A stretch of 64,000 nucleotides of DNA from an uncultured Desulfatitalea sp. (GTDB lineage: Bacteria > Desulfobacterota > Desulfobacteria > Desulfobacterales > Desulfosarcinaceae), in contig CAXXMB010000001.1 in NCBI GenBank assembly GCA_963668675.2, positions 384,001-448,000 on the forward strand, in the 5' to 3' direction. The position numbers and the translations under genes were made by a program. Positions 24,374 to 34,177 of this stretch are shown here, one piece after another; position 1 is the stretch's first letter, and the number at the start of each line of letters is the position of its first letter. The notes under the pieces are model-generated. The model did not search any database and had not been told where the DNA came from. It saw nothing but the letters and a program-made list of their open reading frames with translations.

Positions 24374-25762
24374 ATGGAAGACAAGCCTGTCATAATATTT
24401 GCTAAAGCGACGTTGGAGAGGGACTATTTCCGCCATTTGATAGTTGAGACAGGGAAAAGCGCCATCTGTTTTGAAAAGGAGGAAATCTGTTTCGACAATT
24501 TGTATTCTTTAAAGCCTAAAATAATAATCGCTAGAATTGACTCCATTACGATAGCATGGCGTTTCGTTCTGGCGCTTTATGTTTTAAAATCCGATGCCAG
24601 ACTATTAATTGTATCTAACTATCTAAATCGCGAAAGCTTTACTGATAAAAGATTAAGCAAGAGTGTTACCTTCATTAAACTTACGTATGAAAAAGAAAAC
24701 TTTCTTAGCAAACTTGAACAGCTATACTTAGAACAGAGAGCGGCGAATAGCTCTAAACACCATGATATCCTGATTGGTGAGGCGTCAAGGATAAAAAAAA
24801 TAAATGCAATGATTCCCTGTTTGAAAAAATCGTCCGATCCGGTTCTAATTTCTGGTGAAAAAGGAACCGGAAAGGAGCGATTAGCCAGGATTATTGCTGG
24901 CTCAGTTGAGAACGACTCTATTTTCGTAAGAATCGATTGCAATGCTCATGGGCGTGAAAAGATCTTAGACAGGTTGGCGACTGAATTTGACAGAATAAAA
25001 GATAATCCTCTGGCCAAGCGGACTGCAGGTACTTGCCCAAAACCCGTTATTATTTTGCTAAATAATGTCAATCAATTGAACGAAACAGGTCAGGCAGAAA
25101 TATTGACACTTTTGGATGGAGGAAGCATAAGTTTAGATCAAAAAAAGAAAGAAAATGAAAAGGCATTCAGGATCATTTCTACTACCGAAGTTGATCTTTC
25201 AGTTCTTGCTAAACACGATGGATTTAGAAAAGATCTGTTTTATCGTCTAAATGTAATTCCCATCTATCTAACTCCCCTAAGACAGCGAAAAGGGGATATT
25301 CGTCTTCTGATAGATTATTTTTTAATAAATTCAACCATTGAAAAAGGACTTAGTTTTGAGTCGCCATCAGAGGCTACAATTGAAAAAATGTTCTGCTATA
25401 ATTGGCCAGGCAATATTCATGAACTTGAAAAGTTGATCGACCAATATGCAATTCAAAGAGACGAAGATATTATTAATGAGCACCTTGGTTCGATACAAAT
25501 GGATGATAGAAAATGTGACTATCTTTACGAAATGTTCAACCAGGATGTGGAAATTAGTACTTTAGAAATACATAACCACTTGACAACATTGGGAAAGATT
25601 TCGCTAAAGTCCATTTGTGATCAGTTTGCCGGATTTACTGAGAAAAGAATCATGCGGCGTGCATTGGAGAACACAAACTGGAATCGTAAAAAAGCCGCAG
25701 CATTGCTGAACATCAGCTATAAATCGATGTTGAATAAAATGAAAATGTATGAGATTGTCTAA
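24374..25762 (+). CDS. Degenerate sigma54-activator-like regulator
   Basis: Walker A GEKGTGKE, FRKDLFYRLN, WPGNIHEL and HTH present; GAFTGA absent; Walker B reads LLNNV. Confidence 0.8.
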   Translation: MEDKPVIIFAKATLERDYFRHLIVETGKSAICFEKEEICFDNLYSLKPKIIIARIDSITIAWRFVLALYVLKSDARLLIVSNYLNRESFTDKRLSKSVTFIKLTYEKENFLSKLEQLYLEQRAANSSKHHDILIGEASRIKKINAMIPCLKKSSDPVLISGEKGTGKERLARIIAGSVENDSIFVRIDCNAHGREKILDRLATEFDRIKDNPLAKRTAGTCPKPVIILLNNVNQLNETGQAEILTLLDGGSISLDQKKKENEKAFRIISTTEVDLSVLAKHDGFRKDLFYRLNVIPIYLTPLRQRKGDIRLLIDYFLINSTIEKGLSFESPSEATIEKMFCYNWPGNIHELEKLIDQYAIQRDEDIINEHLGSIQMDDRKCDYLYEMFNQDVEISTLEIHNHLTTLGKISLKSICDQFAGFTEKRIMRRALENTNWNRKKAAALLNISYKSMLNKMKMYEIV

Positions 25763-25801
25763 CTATTCGAAATCTTAATGTTTTGCCATAAGGGATAAAC
25801 A

Positions 25802-27376
25802 ATGGAAGAATCCAGGCCAAAAATAACGCCCGAGTTGGTTTTTGATATCATTAAACGCCGGCGATGGATCATATTAGTGCCCTTAAGCGTGATGCTCGTC
25901 ATTGGCATCGTTCTTTCAATCGTACTGCCAAGAGTATATGAGGCAAAGACTCTGATTCTTGTAGAGGGTCAGAAAGTACCTCAAAATTTTGTGCAGTCTA
26001 TTGTAACTGAAGACACCGCACATAGAATCAACACGATATCACAACAGATCTTAAGCCGTACCAACCTGGAAAAAATAATCAGTGATTTTAATTTGTTTGC
26101 TGATGATCATTCCCAAAATATGTTTATTGAAGATAAGGTGAGAAATCTTAGAGAAAGGATATCGGTTGATGTCATTACTGACCGTGGAAGGCAAACGGAG
26201 GCGTTTACCATAATATTCAAAGGGAATGAACCTGAAAAGGTAATGCAAGTTGCAAACGGTTTAGCCACTTATTTCATCGACGAAAATCTTAAAGTAAGGG
26301 AGTCACAGGCAATCGGTACAAGCAGCTTCCTGGACTCTGAACTGGATACAATGAGGTCTCGACTCGAAGAGGTAGAAGAGAGAATTAAGAACTACCGAAA
26401 AACAAATATGGGGGAATTGCCGGAACAACTTGAAACGAACCTTAGAATATTAGAGCGGTTGCAGGAAAATTTAACTGATCGACAACAAAATTTACGTGAT
26501 GCAAGAACACGATTGGCAGAGCTCAAAAGCCAGGCCGTCAATAGAGAACCATCAGTTGTTGTGATTGGTGCTGACGGTCGCCAAAATCAAAATACTGGGG
26601 CAGCTTCACTTGAAGATCTTCTACAGCAACTCAAAACAATGCAAACAAGGTATACCGAAAAACATCCAGACATCCAAAGATTGAAGCGGCAAATAGCAGA
26701 TTTGGAGTCAGCGGCCAGCGAAGATGAAAGAAATAACGGTTCGGAGGAGTTGTCGCGCAGTATCCCCCGGGAACTCAGACTGCAAATGACAGAAGTCCAA
26801 CGCGAAATCAGCGTTACTGAAGAGGAAATATCGGAAATCCGAAATCAAATTCGAGAATATCAAGCCAGGACTGAGAACATACCGAAACGCGAGCAGGAGC
26901 TTTTGGGTTTAAACAGGGACTATGAAAATATCCAAGCAACCTATGAATCCCTATTGAATAGGAAGTTAGAGGCTGATATTGCAGTTAATATGGAGCGACG
27001 GCAAAAAGGCGAGCAATTTCGGGTTGTTGATCCTGCCAGAATGCCAGAGCGACCTATCGAGCCGGATTTGCGTAAACTCTTTATATTTATGGTCGCCCTT
27101 GGTATAGGTTTTGGGGCTGGTATCTCAGTTTTGCTGGAGTTTGCCAAGCCGACCTATAGGAGCCCAGATGAAATTGAGAATGAGTATGATTTGCCTGTAC
27201 TGGCCACTATCCCACAACTGTTAGATCCCAAACAGATCTTGTGTAGAAAATGGAACACAGTTCTCAGTATTGCTTATACAGTCGTAGTAATAGGGCTTTT
27301 CGGTATCTTTGGTGCAATAAGCATACTTGGACCTGAGATAGCTACAAAAGCAATATTTCAGATTAGTGGCGGCTAA
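25802..27376 (+). CDS. Polysaccharide co-polymerase / chain-length determinant (GumC/Wzc N-terminal type)
   Basis: Two TM segments around a long coiled coil, YTEKHPDI, GEQFRVVDPA..P..P. Confidence 0.92.
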   Translation: MEESRPKITPELVFDIIKRRRWIILVPLSVMLVIGIVLSIVLPRVYEAKTLILVEGQKVPQNFVQSIVTEDTAHRINTISQQILSRTNLEKIISDFNLFADDHSQNMFIEDKVRNLRERISVDVITDRGRQTEAFTIIFKGNEPEKVMQVANGLATYFIDENLKVRESQAIGTSSFLDSELDTMRSRLEEVEERIKNYRKTNMGELPEQLETNLRILERLQENLTDRQQNLRDARTRLAELKSQAVNREPSVVVIGADGRQNQNTGAASLEDLLQQLKTMQTRYTEKHPDIQRLKRQIADLESAASEDERNNGSEELSRSIPRELRLQMTEVQREISVTEEEISEIRNQIREYQARTENIPKREQELLGLNRDYENIQATYESLLNRKLEADIAVNMERRQKGEQFRVVDPARMPERPIEPDLRKLFIFMVALGIGFGAGISVLLEFAKPTYRSPDEIENEYDLPVLATIPQLLDPKQILCRKWNTVLSIAYTVVVIGLFGIFGAISILGPEIATKAIFQISGG

Positions 27377-27466
27377 TTTTTATCGGTTTGTTGCACTGAC
27401 AGCTAGTGATAAATGGTGTGAAAAGAAAATAACAGAAATAGACCTATAATATAGTAGGTGGATTCA

Positions 27467-28306
27467 ATGGGAAAAATATTTGATGCATTAGAAAAAGCTG
27501 GCAGTGCCAAAACAGCTGCTTTACCGTTGCTAAATCACAATAATAAAAAAGCAAAATTAGACAACAGTGCTGGAAATATTGTTGCCTTAAACAATTCAAC
27601 TCAGGCCGGCAGTTTGTTAAAGGTCGACGATAAAATGGTTGCATACCATAACCCTCAGTCAGTCCAGTCAGAGGTATTTAAGGTCTTAAGGACCAACTTG
27701 ATTTTCCCACAAGACGCGAATCCTCCAAGAAAGATATTGGTTACCAGCGCCTTGCCTAATGATGGAAAGTCCTTTGTAGCAGCTAACCTTGCGATCAGTA
27801 TTGCAAAGGGAGTAGAGGAATATGTCATGCTCATCGACTGTGATGTGCGTCGCCCAACGATACATGCTTTGTTTGGATATGGACGTGTAGCAGGTTTGTC
27901 TGAGCACCTCGCCAATGGTATGGATGTTCAAAAGATACTTCTTAAAACGGCTATACCGAAATTGACGATAATGCCTTCGGGTACTCCACCTCAAAACCCA
28001 ACGGAGTTGCTCTCATCCAAAAAAATGAGAGGCTTTTTGGATGAAGCTGCCAACAGATATGACGACCGTTTTATCCTTATCGATTCACCGCCTCCTTCTG
28101 TGGCAGCAGAAACAAGTGCCATAGTGAATTTGGTGGATGGGGTTATAGTTGTCGTGAAAGCAGGAAAGACGCCAAAAAGCGCTGTAAATGAAACGATAGA
28201 GCAGATTGGGAAAGAAAAAATCATAGGTGTTGTTTTTAATGGCTCGGATTCAGCCTTAAAGAAGTATTATGGGTACAACAAATCTTACTACGAAACCAAG
28301 CAATAG
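27467..28306 (+). CDS. BY-kinase (CpsD/CapB family tyrosine autokinase)
   Basis: LRTNL, TSALPNDGKS, LIDCDVRRP, IDSPP, C-terminal Tyr cluster YYGYNKSYY. Confidence 0.93.
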   Translation: MGKIFDALEKAGSAKTAALPLLNHNNKKAKLDNSAGNIVALNNSTQAGSLLKVDDKMVAYHNPQSVQSEVFKVLRTNLIFPQDANPPRKILVTSALPNDGKSFVAANLAISIAKGVEEYVMLIDCDVRRPTIHALFGYGRVAGLSEHLANGMDVQKILLKTAIPKLTIMPSGTPPQNPTELLSSKKMRGFLDEAANRYDDRFILIDSPPPSVAAETSAIVNLVDGVIVVVKAGKTPKSAVNETIEQIGKEKIIGVVFNGSDSALKKYYGYNKSYYETKQ

Positions 28307-28391
28307 GTGGTAAAAGTGTTTTATTTTCGATTGTTTGAAGATTGAAACTTCAATAAGCTATCCATCCTTTAAATGGAAACTATATACTGAC

Positions 28392-29786
28392 ATGATGTTG
28401 AGACTTTTTAAACAATATTATCCGATTAGAAACGCAATTTTCGTATTGGGAGAAGGGCTGATTATTTTTTCCTCGGTGATTGTGGCGTGTGTATTGGTCA
28501 TAGGAGAAAAGAATCTAAGTATCGAGTATGTAACCATCTTTAAAGCATTGCTTATCACCGTCTTATGCCAGGCGTGCCTTTACTACAATGATTTGTATAA
28601 TTTCAAGACGACTGGCTCTTTTTCCGAACTCGGTATCAGGCTGTTTCAATCGTTGGGAGTTGCTGCAATTCTTCTTTCCTGTGTATATTTTATTTTTCCT
28701 GATGTCATAATAAAAGAAGGCATTTTTATTATAAGTATTCTCCTGGTCATCGGTTTTATTATTTCGTGGCGTGTTATGTATGCCCAAATCATTAACCACG
28801 GGCTGTTTGATCAAAAGATTATTATCATCGGCTCCGGACATACTGCAAAAGAGATTGCTAAGGAGATACTGGAAAAGAAGGATAGTGGCTATAAAATCGC
28901 CGCTGCAATTTCAAGGGAACCAATGAAAGAATTGCCATGTAATGAGGGTATCGGTTTGATATGCCAAAACCACTATGAGAACATTTGTGAAATTGCATTG
29001 CAGTGGAAAGTTAGAAAGATCGTAGTTGCTTTGGCAGAAAAGAGAGGCTCATTTCCAACAAAGGAATTGCTTAAGTGCAGGGTCAATGGCATTGAAGTTT
29101 TAGACGGCAATAGCTTTTATGAGATGCTTACTGGAAAGTTAATTGTTGAACATACCAATCCGGGATGGTTCATATTCTCGGAAGGCTTCCAGAAGAGCTT
29201 GATCCAAAAAATTCTAAAACGAATAATTGACATGCTATTCTCAATTTTACTTTTAATTTTAACGACACCATTGATTTTAGTAACTGCTTTGCTAATTAAA
29301 ATTGATTCAAAAGGTCCGGTTATTTTTTCTCAAGAAAGAGTTGGTGAACAATATAAAAAGTATAAAATCTATAAGTTCAGATCAATGCTTACAGACGCTG
29401 AGAAGACTACCGGTCCTGTTTGGGCAAAAGACAAGGATGACAGAATTACGAGAATTGGTCACTTCATACGGAAGTGGCGAATCGATGAAATCCCTCAGCT
29501 ATGGAACGTATTAAAAGGAGAAATGAGTTTCGTCGGACCGAGACCGGAAAGGGACCACTTTATAAAACAACTGACAGATGTTGTGCCATACTATGGCGAA
29601 AGGTTAACTGTCAAACCTGGATTGACGGGCTGGGCACAAGTGAGTTACGGATATGGCTCGTCGGTAAGAGATTCAATCGAAAAGCTTAATTACGACTTGT
29701 TCTACATAAAGAACATGTCAATATTAATGGATGTGATGATTATTGCGCGCACTGTTAGAACGGTTATTTTCGGACACGGTCGGTAA
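28392..29786 (+). CDS. Initiating undecaprenyl-phosphate sugar phosphotransferase (exosortase-system type)
   Basis: N-terminal TMs, KRIID, KFRSM, RIDEIPQLWNVLKGEMSFVGPRPER, KPGLTGWAQV. Confidence 0.94.
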   Translation: MMLRLFKQYYPIRNAIFVLGEGLIIFSSVIVACVLVIGEKNLSIEYVTIFKALLITVLCQACLYYNDLYNFKTTGSFSELGIRLFQSLGVAAILLSCVYFIFPDVIIKEGIFIISILLVIGFIISWRVMYAQIINHGLFDQKIIIIGSGHTAKEIAKEILEKKDSGYKIAAAISREPMKELPCNEGIGLICQNHYENICEIALQWKVRKIVVALAEKRGSFPTKELLKCRVNGIEVLDGNSFYEMLTGKLIVEHTNPGWFIFSEGFQKSLIQKILKRIIDMLFSILLLILTTPLILVTALLIKIDSKGPVIFSQERVGEQYKKYKIYKFRSMLTDAEKTTGPVWAKDKDDRITRIGHFIRKWRIDEIPQLWNVLKGEMSFVGPRPERDHFIKQLTDVVPYYGERLTVKPGLTGWAQVSYGYGSSVRDSIEKLNYDLFYIKNMSILMDVMIIARTVRTVIFGHGR

Positions 29787-30244
29787 CCCATTGTTATGAT
29801 ATGTCGATATTTCTCGGCAATGGAGGTTATAAGGTTGTTTGTTGATAAGAATGCCACGATCTGATCCGTTATTATAAAGAGAGTGACGGACAGCGCCGAT
29901 GGCCTACTGACTGCTGAATTATATTTTGACACAGGCATATAACATATCGATCTTGAGCCGATTGGAAACTTATCATTCGATAAGGCAGACCTATGGTCGT
30001 AATTCCAACAATGATGACTTTATCATTAGTCGATAAGGTTAATGTAATCGACCATGCGAAGCTATATTTTTCCCCCTAGTCGACTCATTCTTACAAGTAA
30101 AGGCTTTTGGCAAAGTCTTATCTCATAGTGTGATGACGATTCATAAGTACTACTTTAATACATTGAACATGCGTTGGCCCTTGCTCTCGTGTGGTTTTGC
30201 TACAAAGTGCAGTGGCGCCGGACTCAACTTATGTGGGAAATGAC

Positions 30245-31270
30245 ATGAAATTTGATTATAACAGTGTACTTGTTACAGGAGCTGCTGGTTTTATTGGATT
30301 CCATCTTAGTAGGCGATTGCTCCAAGAGGGACGCAAAGTGATCGGAATTGACAATTTAAACGATTACTACGACACTCGGTTGAAGAAAGATCGACTGAGT
30401 ATCCTCCAAAAAGATGAGAAATTTATTTTTCACCGTGTCAACCTTGAAAATAAATCTGATCTTGAAGCGATCTTTTCCGAAACGCCTGTGGACATCGTCG
30501 TCAACCTTGCTGCTCAGGCCGGCGTTCGTTATTCCCTGAAAAATCCACACGCCTATGTCGATGCCAATATCGTAGGCTTTGTGAATGTGCTGGAATGTTG
30601 CCGCCATTTCAACGTAAAACACCTTGTATTCGCCTCTTCGAGCTCCGTATATGGGGCGAATACGAACATGCCCTTTTCGGTTCATAACAATGTCGACCAT
30701 CCGGTCTCACTTTACGCCGCCACCAAAAAGGCCAATGAACTTATGGCCCACACTTATAGCCATTTGTACGAATTGCCCTGTACGGGTTTGCGGTTCTTTA
30801 CGGTATACGGCCCTTGGGGCAGGCCTGATATGGCGCTGTTTATTTTTACTAAGGCCATTTTGGAAGATAGGCCCATTGATGTTTTCAATCACGGAAAAAT
30901 GAAGCGTGATTTTACCTATATCGATGATATAGTTGAGGGCGTTGTGAGAGTTATGGAGCGTAGACCTGAACCAAATCCGCAATGGAGTGGTGATTCTCCT
31001 GACCCCGGAACCTCATACACGTGTTACAAGGTCTACAACATCGGCAACAACAATCCCGTAGAGCTGTCGACGTTTATCGAGGAAATCGAAAACGCAGTTG
31101 AAAAACAGGCGGTACGGAATCTCATGGACATTCAACCGGGTGATGTGCCGGCCACTTTTGCCGACATCGATGATCTGGTCAACGACGTCGGATTTAAGCC
31201 GGCCACTCCACTGGAGGAAGGTATTAAAAGTTTCGTAACATGGTACAAATCTTATTATAACAATCAGTGA
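30245..31270 (+). CDS. UDP-glucuronate 4-epimerase-like NAD-dependent epimerase
   Basis: [45 protein letters not shown]. Confidence 0.92.
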   Translation: MKFDYNSVLVTGAAGFIGFHLSRRLLQEGRKVIGIDNLNDYYDTRLKKDRLSILQKDEKFIFHRVNLENKSDLEAIFSETPVDIVVNLAAQAGVRYSLKNPHAYVDANIVGFVNVLECCRHFNVKHLVFASSSSVYGANTNMPFSVHNNVDHPVSLYAATKKANELMAHTYSHLYELPCTGLRFFTVYGPWGRPDMALFIFTKAILEDRPIDVFNHGKMKRDFTYIDDIVEGVVRVMERRPEPNPQWSGDSPDPGTSYTCYKVYNIGNNNPVELSTFIEEIENAVEKQAVRNLMDIQPGDVPATFADIDDLVNDVGFKPATPLEEGIKSFVTWYKSYYNNQ

Positions 31271-31290
31271 TGGTGGGAGGAGCCAGTATA

Positions 31291-31869
31291 ATGAAACAGA
31301 GACGCTTCGTATCTATATTTTCCATCATGTCAATTCTATGGTTCGCAGCCCTATCAAGCGCCCAGACGGAAACGGATCAATCTAAACCATATCGCATCGA
31401 TCGGGGTGACATCCTGGAAATTGTTACATGGAAAGAGCCCGATTTTTCACGTGAAGACATTCTCGTACGCCTGGACGGTAAAATCTCTTTTCCCCTGCTT
31501 AACGACATTCAGGCCGCGGGGAAAACACCGACGGAACTGAAGCAACGGATCGAGGCGGGTTTAGCGGAGTATGTTACGGCTCCCAACGTGACCGTCACTA
31601 TTCAGAATGCTGCCAGTCAGCGTTTCTATATCCTCGGTGAAGTACAAAATACTGGTGAATACCCGCTGACCAAGGATTTGACGGTCCTGCAGGCCTTTGC
31701 TCTGGCTGGTGGATTTACTGAGTGGGCATCAAAAAAGGAGATCATCCTCTTCCGAAGGGAAAATGGCAAAGAAAAAGTGATTCAAATCAACTACCGTGAC
31801 ATCGTGAAAGACAAGGATTTCAGCCAGAATGTCAAGATCGAGGCTAACGATACGATAATCGTTCCATAA
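31291..31869 (+). CDS. Short polysaccharide export (OPX) protein
   Basis: PES motif (VRLDGKISFPLLNDIQAAGKT), one SLBB domain, signal peptide with no Cys. Confidence 0.9.
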   Translation: MKQRRFVSIFSIMSILWFAALSSAQTETDQSKPYRIDRGDILEIVTWKEPDFSREDILVRLDGKISFPLLNDIQAAGKTPTELKQRIEAGLAEYVTAPNVTVTIQNAASQRFYILGEVQNTGEYPLTKDLTVLQAFALAGGFTEWASKKEIILFRRENGKEKVIQINYRDIVKDKDFSQNVKIEANDTIIVP

Positions 31870-31870
31870 A

Positions 31871-33250
31871 ATGGGAAAGGAAATTATTGTGAAACTTTTC
31901 AATTCGTTGGTACCGGTTGTCATTGGTTTCGTAATCTTGTCGATGCCTTTCAACACTTCCCTGGCAGCCCAGTTCCTGGTAACGCCAAGGCTCATTCTTC
32001 AGGAAGAATACAACGACAACATCTTCCTCACACCGGACAACGAAGAGGACGATTATATCACTTCGGCTGGGCTAGGTATTTTCGCCCAAATCAACGGTCG
32101 CACTGCCGGATTGGAGCTCAACTACATGCCGACATACAACGCCTTCGCCGAAAACTCGGATTTGGATTACTGGCGGCACGAAGCGCGGGTACGCTACTGG
32201 CACAATCTGGCACGGCATACAACGCTTACTCTCACCGATGATTTTTTACAAACAAGCGATCCCACCGATGCCGCTGCAGATATGGACCCGACGGATCCCA
32301 GCGTCGCCCCACCAATCGAAACAGATCGTGACCGACGTGGGCGCAACGAATATCGCACCAATGTGGCCGAAGCTCGCCTGGAACATCAGTTTGGTTCCAG
32401 TGACAACGTCTATCTGTCTTTTCAGCATTTTTTCCTGGAAGAAGTAGACCCTTCCGAAGTCTCCGGAGTGCTCGTGGATGACTACAACGAACTGCGGCCA
32501 TCTGCCGGCCTGGAATACTGGTTTACATCCCACTACGCCTTCGAGTTGGAGGGGTATTATTCAAATCTCGACTACGAAGATCAGAACGACCTTGAAGAGT
32601 TCTATGGTCTCGCTCGGATCCTGCACGCGTTCAGCCGCACCGTGCGTGGATTTGTCGAATATCGTCAAACGGAAGTCAACTATGATCGTGACTTCGACCC
32701 CAACGCCGATCCGGATTATAATGTCTACCAACCAGCGATTGGCGTGCGTTATCAGTTCCAGGATACGGGGCGATTTACTGCATCCGCGGGGTACCTCTGG
32801 CAGGACGTGGAAGGCAGTGATGAAGAAGATGTCGATCAAATTGTAGTCAACTCCGAACTTTACAAACGATGGAACTTCCGCTCATCGTTCCTCGATCTGA
32901 TTGGTGCGAGCGGTTATGATATCTCCGGACGCGGCGCCGGCGCCGATCTTGGCCTGGACATCTACTACTCCGGGCGAATTGCCTTGGGATATAACTTCAC
33001 ATCCCGGTTTTCTGCGGATTGTTACGGATCGTATCGCTACGACAAATATCCCAACACGGTCAACGATCGAGTGGATCAAGTCGTCGACTCTGGAGCCGCC
33101 ATGCACTATAGGATTCTGCAATGGATGAACATCGATTTGAACTATCGGTATCGCGATTTTATTTCGGACGATGAATTTACCGAATACACGGAGAACCGCG
33201 TGTGGCTGACCATTACCATGGAACCTGCCACACCGTTCCGATTGAATTGA
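31871..33250 (+). CDS. Outer-membrane beta-barrel associated with EPS export
   Basis: Signal peptide, EEYNDNIF, alternating aromatic strands, YTENRV near the C-terminus; start may be GTG 31889. Confidence 0.8.
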   Translation: MGKEIIVKLFNSLVPVVIGFVILSMPFNTSLAAQFLVTPRLILQEEYNDNIFLTPDNEEDDYITSAGLGIFAQINGRTAGLELNYMPTYNAFAENSDLDYWRHEARVRYWHNLARHTTLTLTDDFLQTSDPTDAAADMDPTDPSVAPPIETDRDRRGRNEYRTNVAEARLEHQFGSSDNVYLSFQHFFLEEVDPSEVSGVLVDDYNELRPSAGLEYWFTSHYAFELEGYYSNLDYEDQNDLEEFYGLARILHAFSRTVRGFVEYRQTEVNYDRDFDPNADPDYNVYQPAIGVRYQFQDTGRFTASAGYLWQDVEGSDEEDVDQIVVNSELYKRWNFRSSFLDLIGASGYDISGRGAGADLGLDIYYSGRIALGYNFTSRFSADCYGSYRYDKYPNTVNDRVDQVVDSGAAMHYRILQWMNIDLNYRYRDFISDDEFTEYTENRVWLTITMEPATPFRLN

Positions 33251-33259
33251 AACAGGGAG

Positions 33260-34162
33260 ATGAACTTCGAAAAGCGTATTTTGCCTCGACACGTTAAAAA
33301 GACCATTCTCATCACAGTCGACGTTGAAGACTGGTATCAGGTAGAAAATCTGAGACCCTGGTTTCCACCGGATAGCTGGGATTCGGTGACATCGCGGGTA
33401 GAGCAGAACACACACCGGCTGCTGGATCTGCTCGACGCTTATGATCATAAGATAAGTGCCACTTTCTTTGTGCTCGGGTGGGTGGCGTTGCGTTACCCGG
33501 CACTCGTCAGGGAAATTGCGCAACGCGGTCATGAGGTCGCATCACACGGATTTGGGCATATGCTCAATAACCGAATGAAAAAAGATGATCTTATCGACGA
33601 CCTCCAGCGAAGTAAAAAAATGCTCGAAGACTTGACCGGACAACTGGTTGAAGGATATCGAGCACCCAGCTTTTCCGTGGATGACGACATCCTCAAGCTC
33701 ATAAGGGAATGCGGATACCGCTATGATTCGAGTTACAATTCATTCGAACGTCATGGGCGCTACGGAACCATCTCAACCGATGAGGCCATACAAAACGGCA
33801 TTGCCCTTCAAATGGCAGGCGGCATCGAAGAACTGCCTGTCAGCAATCTTTCTCTGGCCGGGCAGACGATCCCGTGGGGGGGGGGCGGCTATTTCCGGTT
33901 TTTCCCGCCAAGGATATTTGCGGCAGGGGTGAAACGCATTTTGGAGAGAGGAAACGCCTACCTTTTCTATCTTCATCCTTGGGAGATCGACCCCGATCAA
34001 CCCAGGGTCCCTGAAGCACGTGGATTATCAGGTTGGCGCCACTACTTGAACCTCGATAAAACGCTACCGCGCCTGGCCAACTTCTTCGAACGCTTTCGAT
34101 ACTGCGAATACCGCACCTGCAGCAGTTACCTGAAACAACTTGATGTGACACGAATACGTTAA
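33260..34162 (+). CDS. Polysaccharide deacetylase (exosortase-system type)
   Basis: TVDVEDWYQV, ATFFVLGW, HEVASHG, GYRAPSFS, GGGYFR, YLHPWEIDPDQP. Confidence 0.92.
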   Translation: MNFEKRILPRHVKKTILITVDVEDWYQVENLRPWFPPDSWDSVTSRVEQNTHRLLDLLDAYDHKISATFFVLGWVALRYPALVREIAQRGHEVASHGFGHMLNNRMKKDDLIDDLQRSKKMLEDLTGQLVEGYRAPSFSVDDDILKLIRECGYRYDSSYNSFERHGRYGTISTDEAIQNGIALQMAGGIEELPVSNLSLAGQTIPWGGGGYFRFFPPRIFAAGVKRILERGNAYLFYLHPWEIDPDQPRVPEARGLSGWRHYLNLDKTLPRLANFFERFRYCEYRTCSSYLKQLDVTRIR

Positions 34163-34177
34163 TCGGGAGATGTTACC

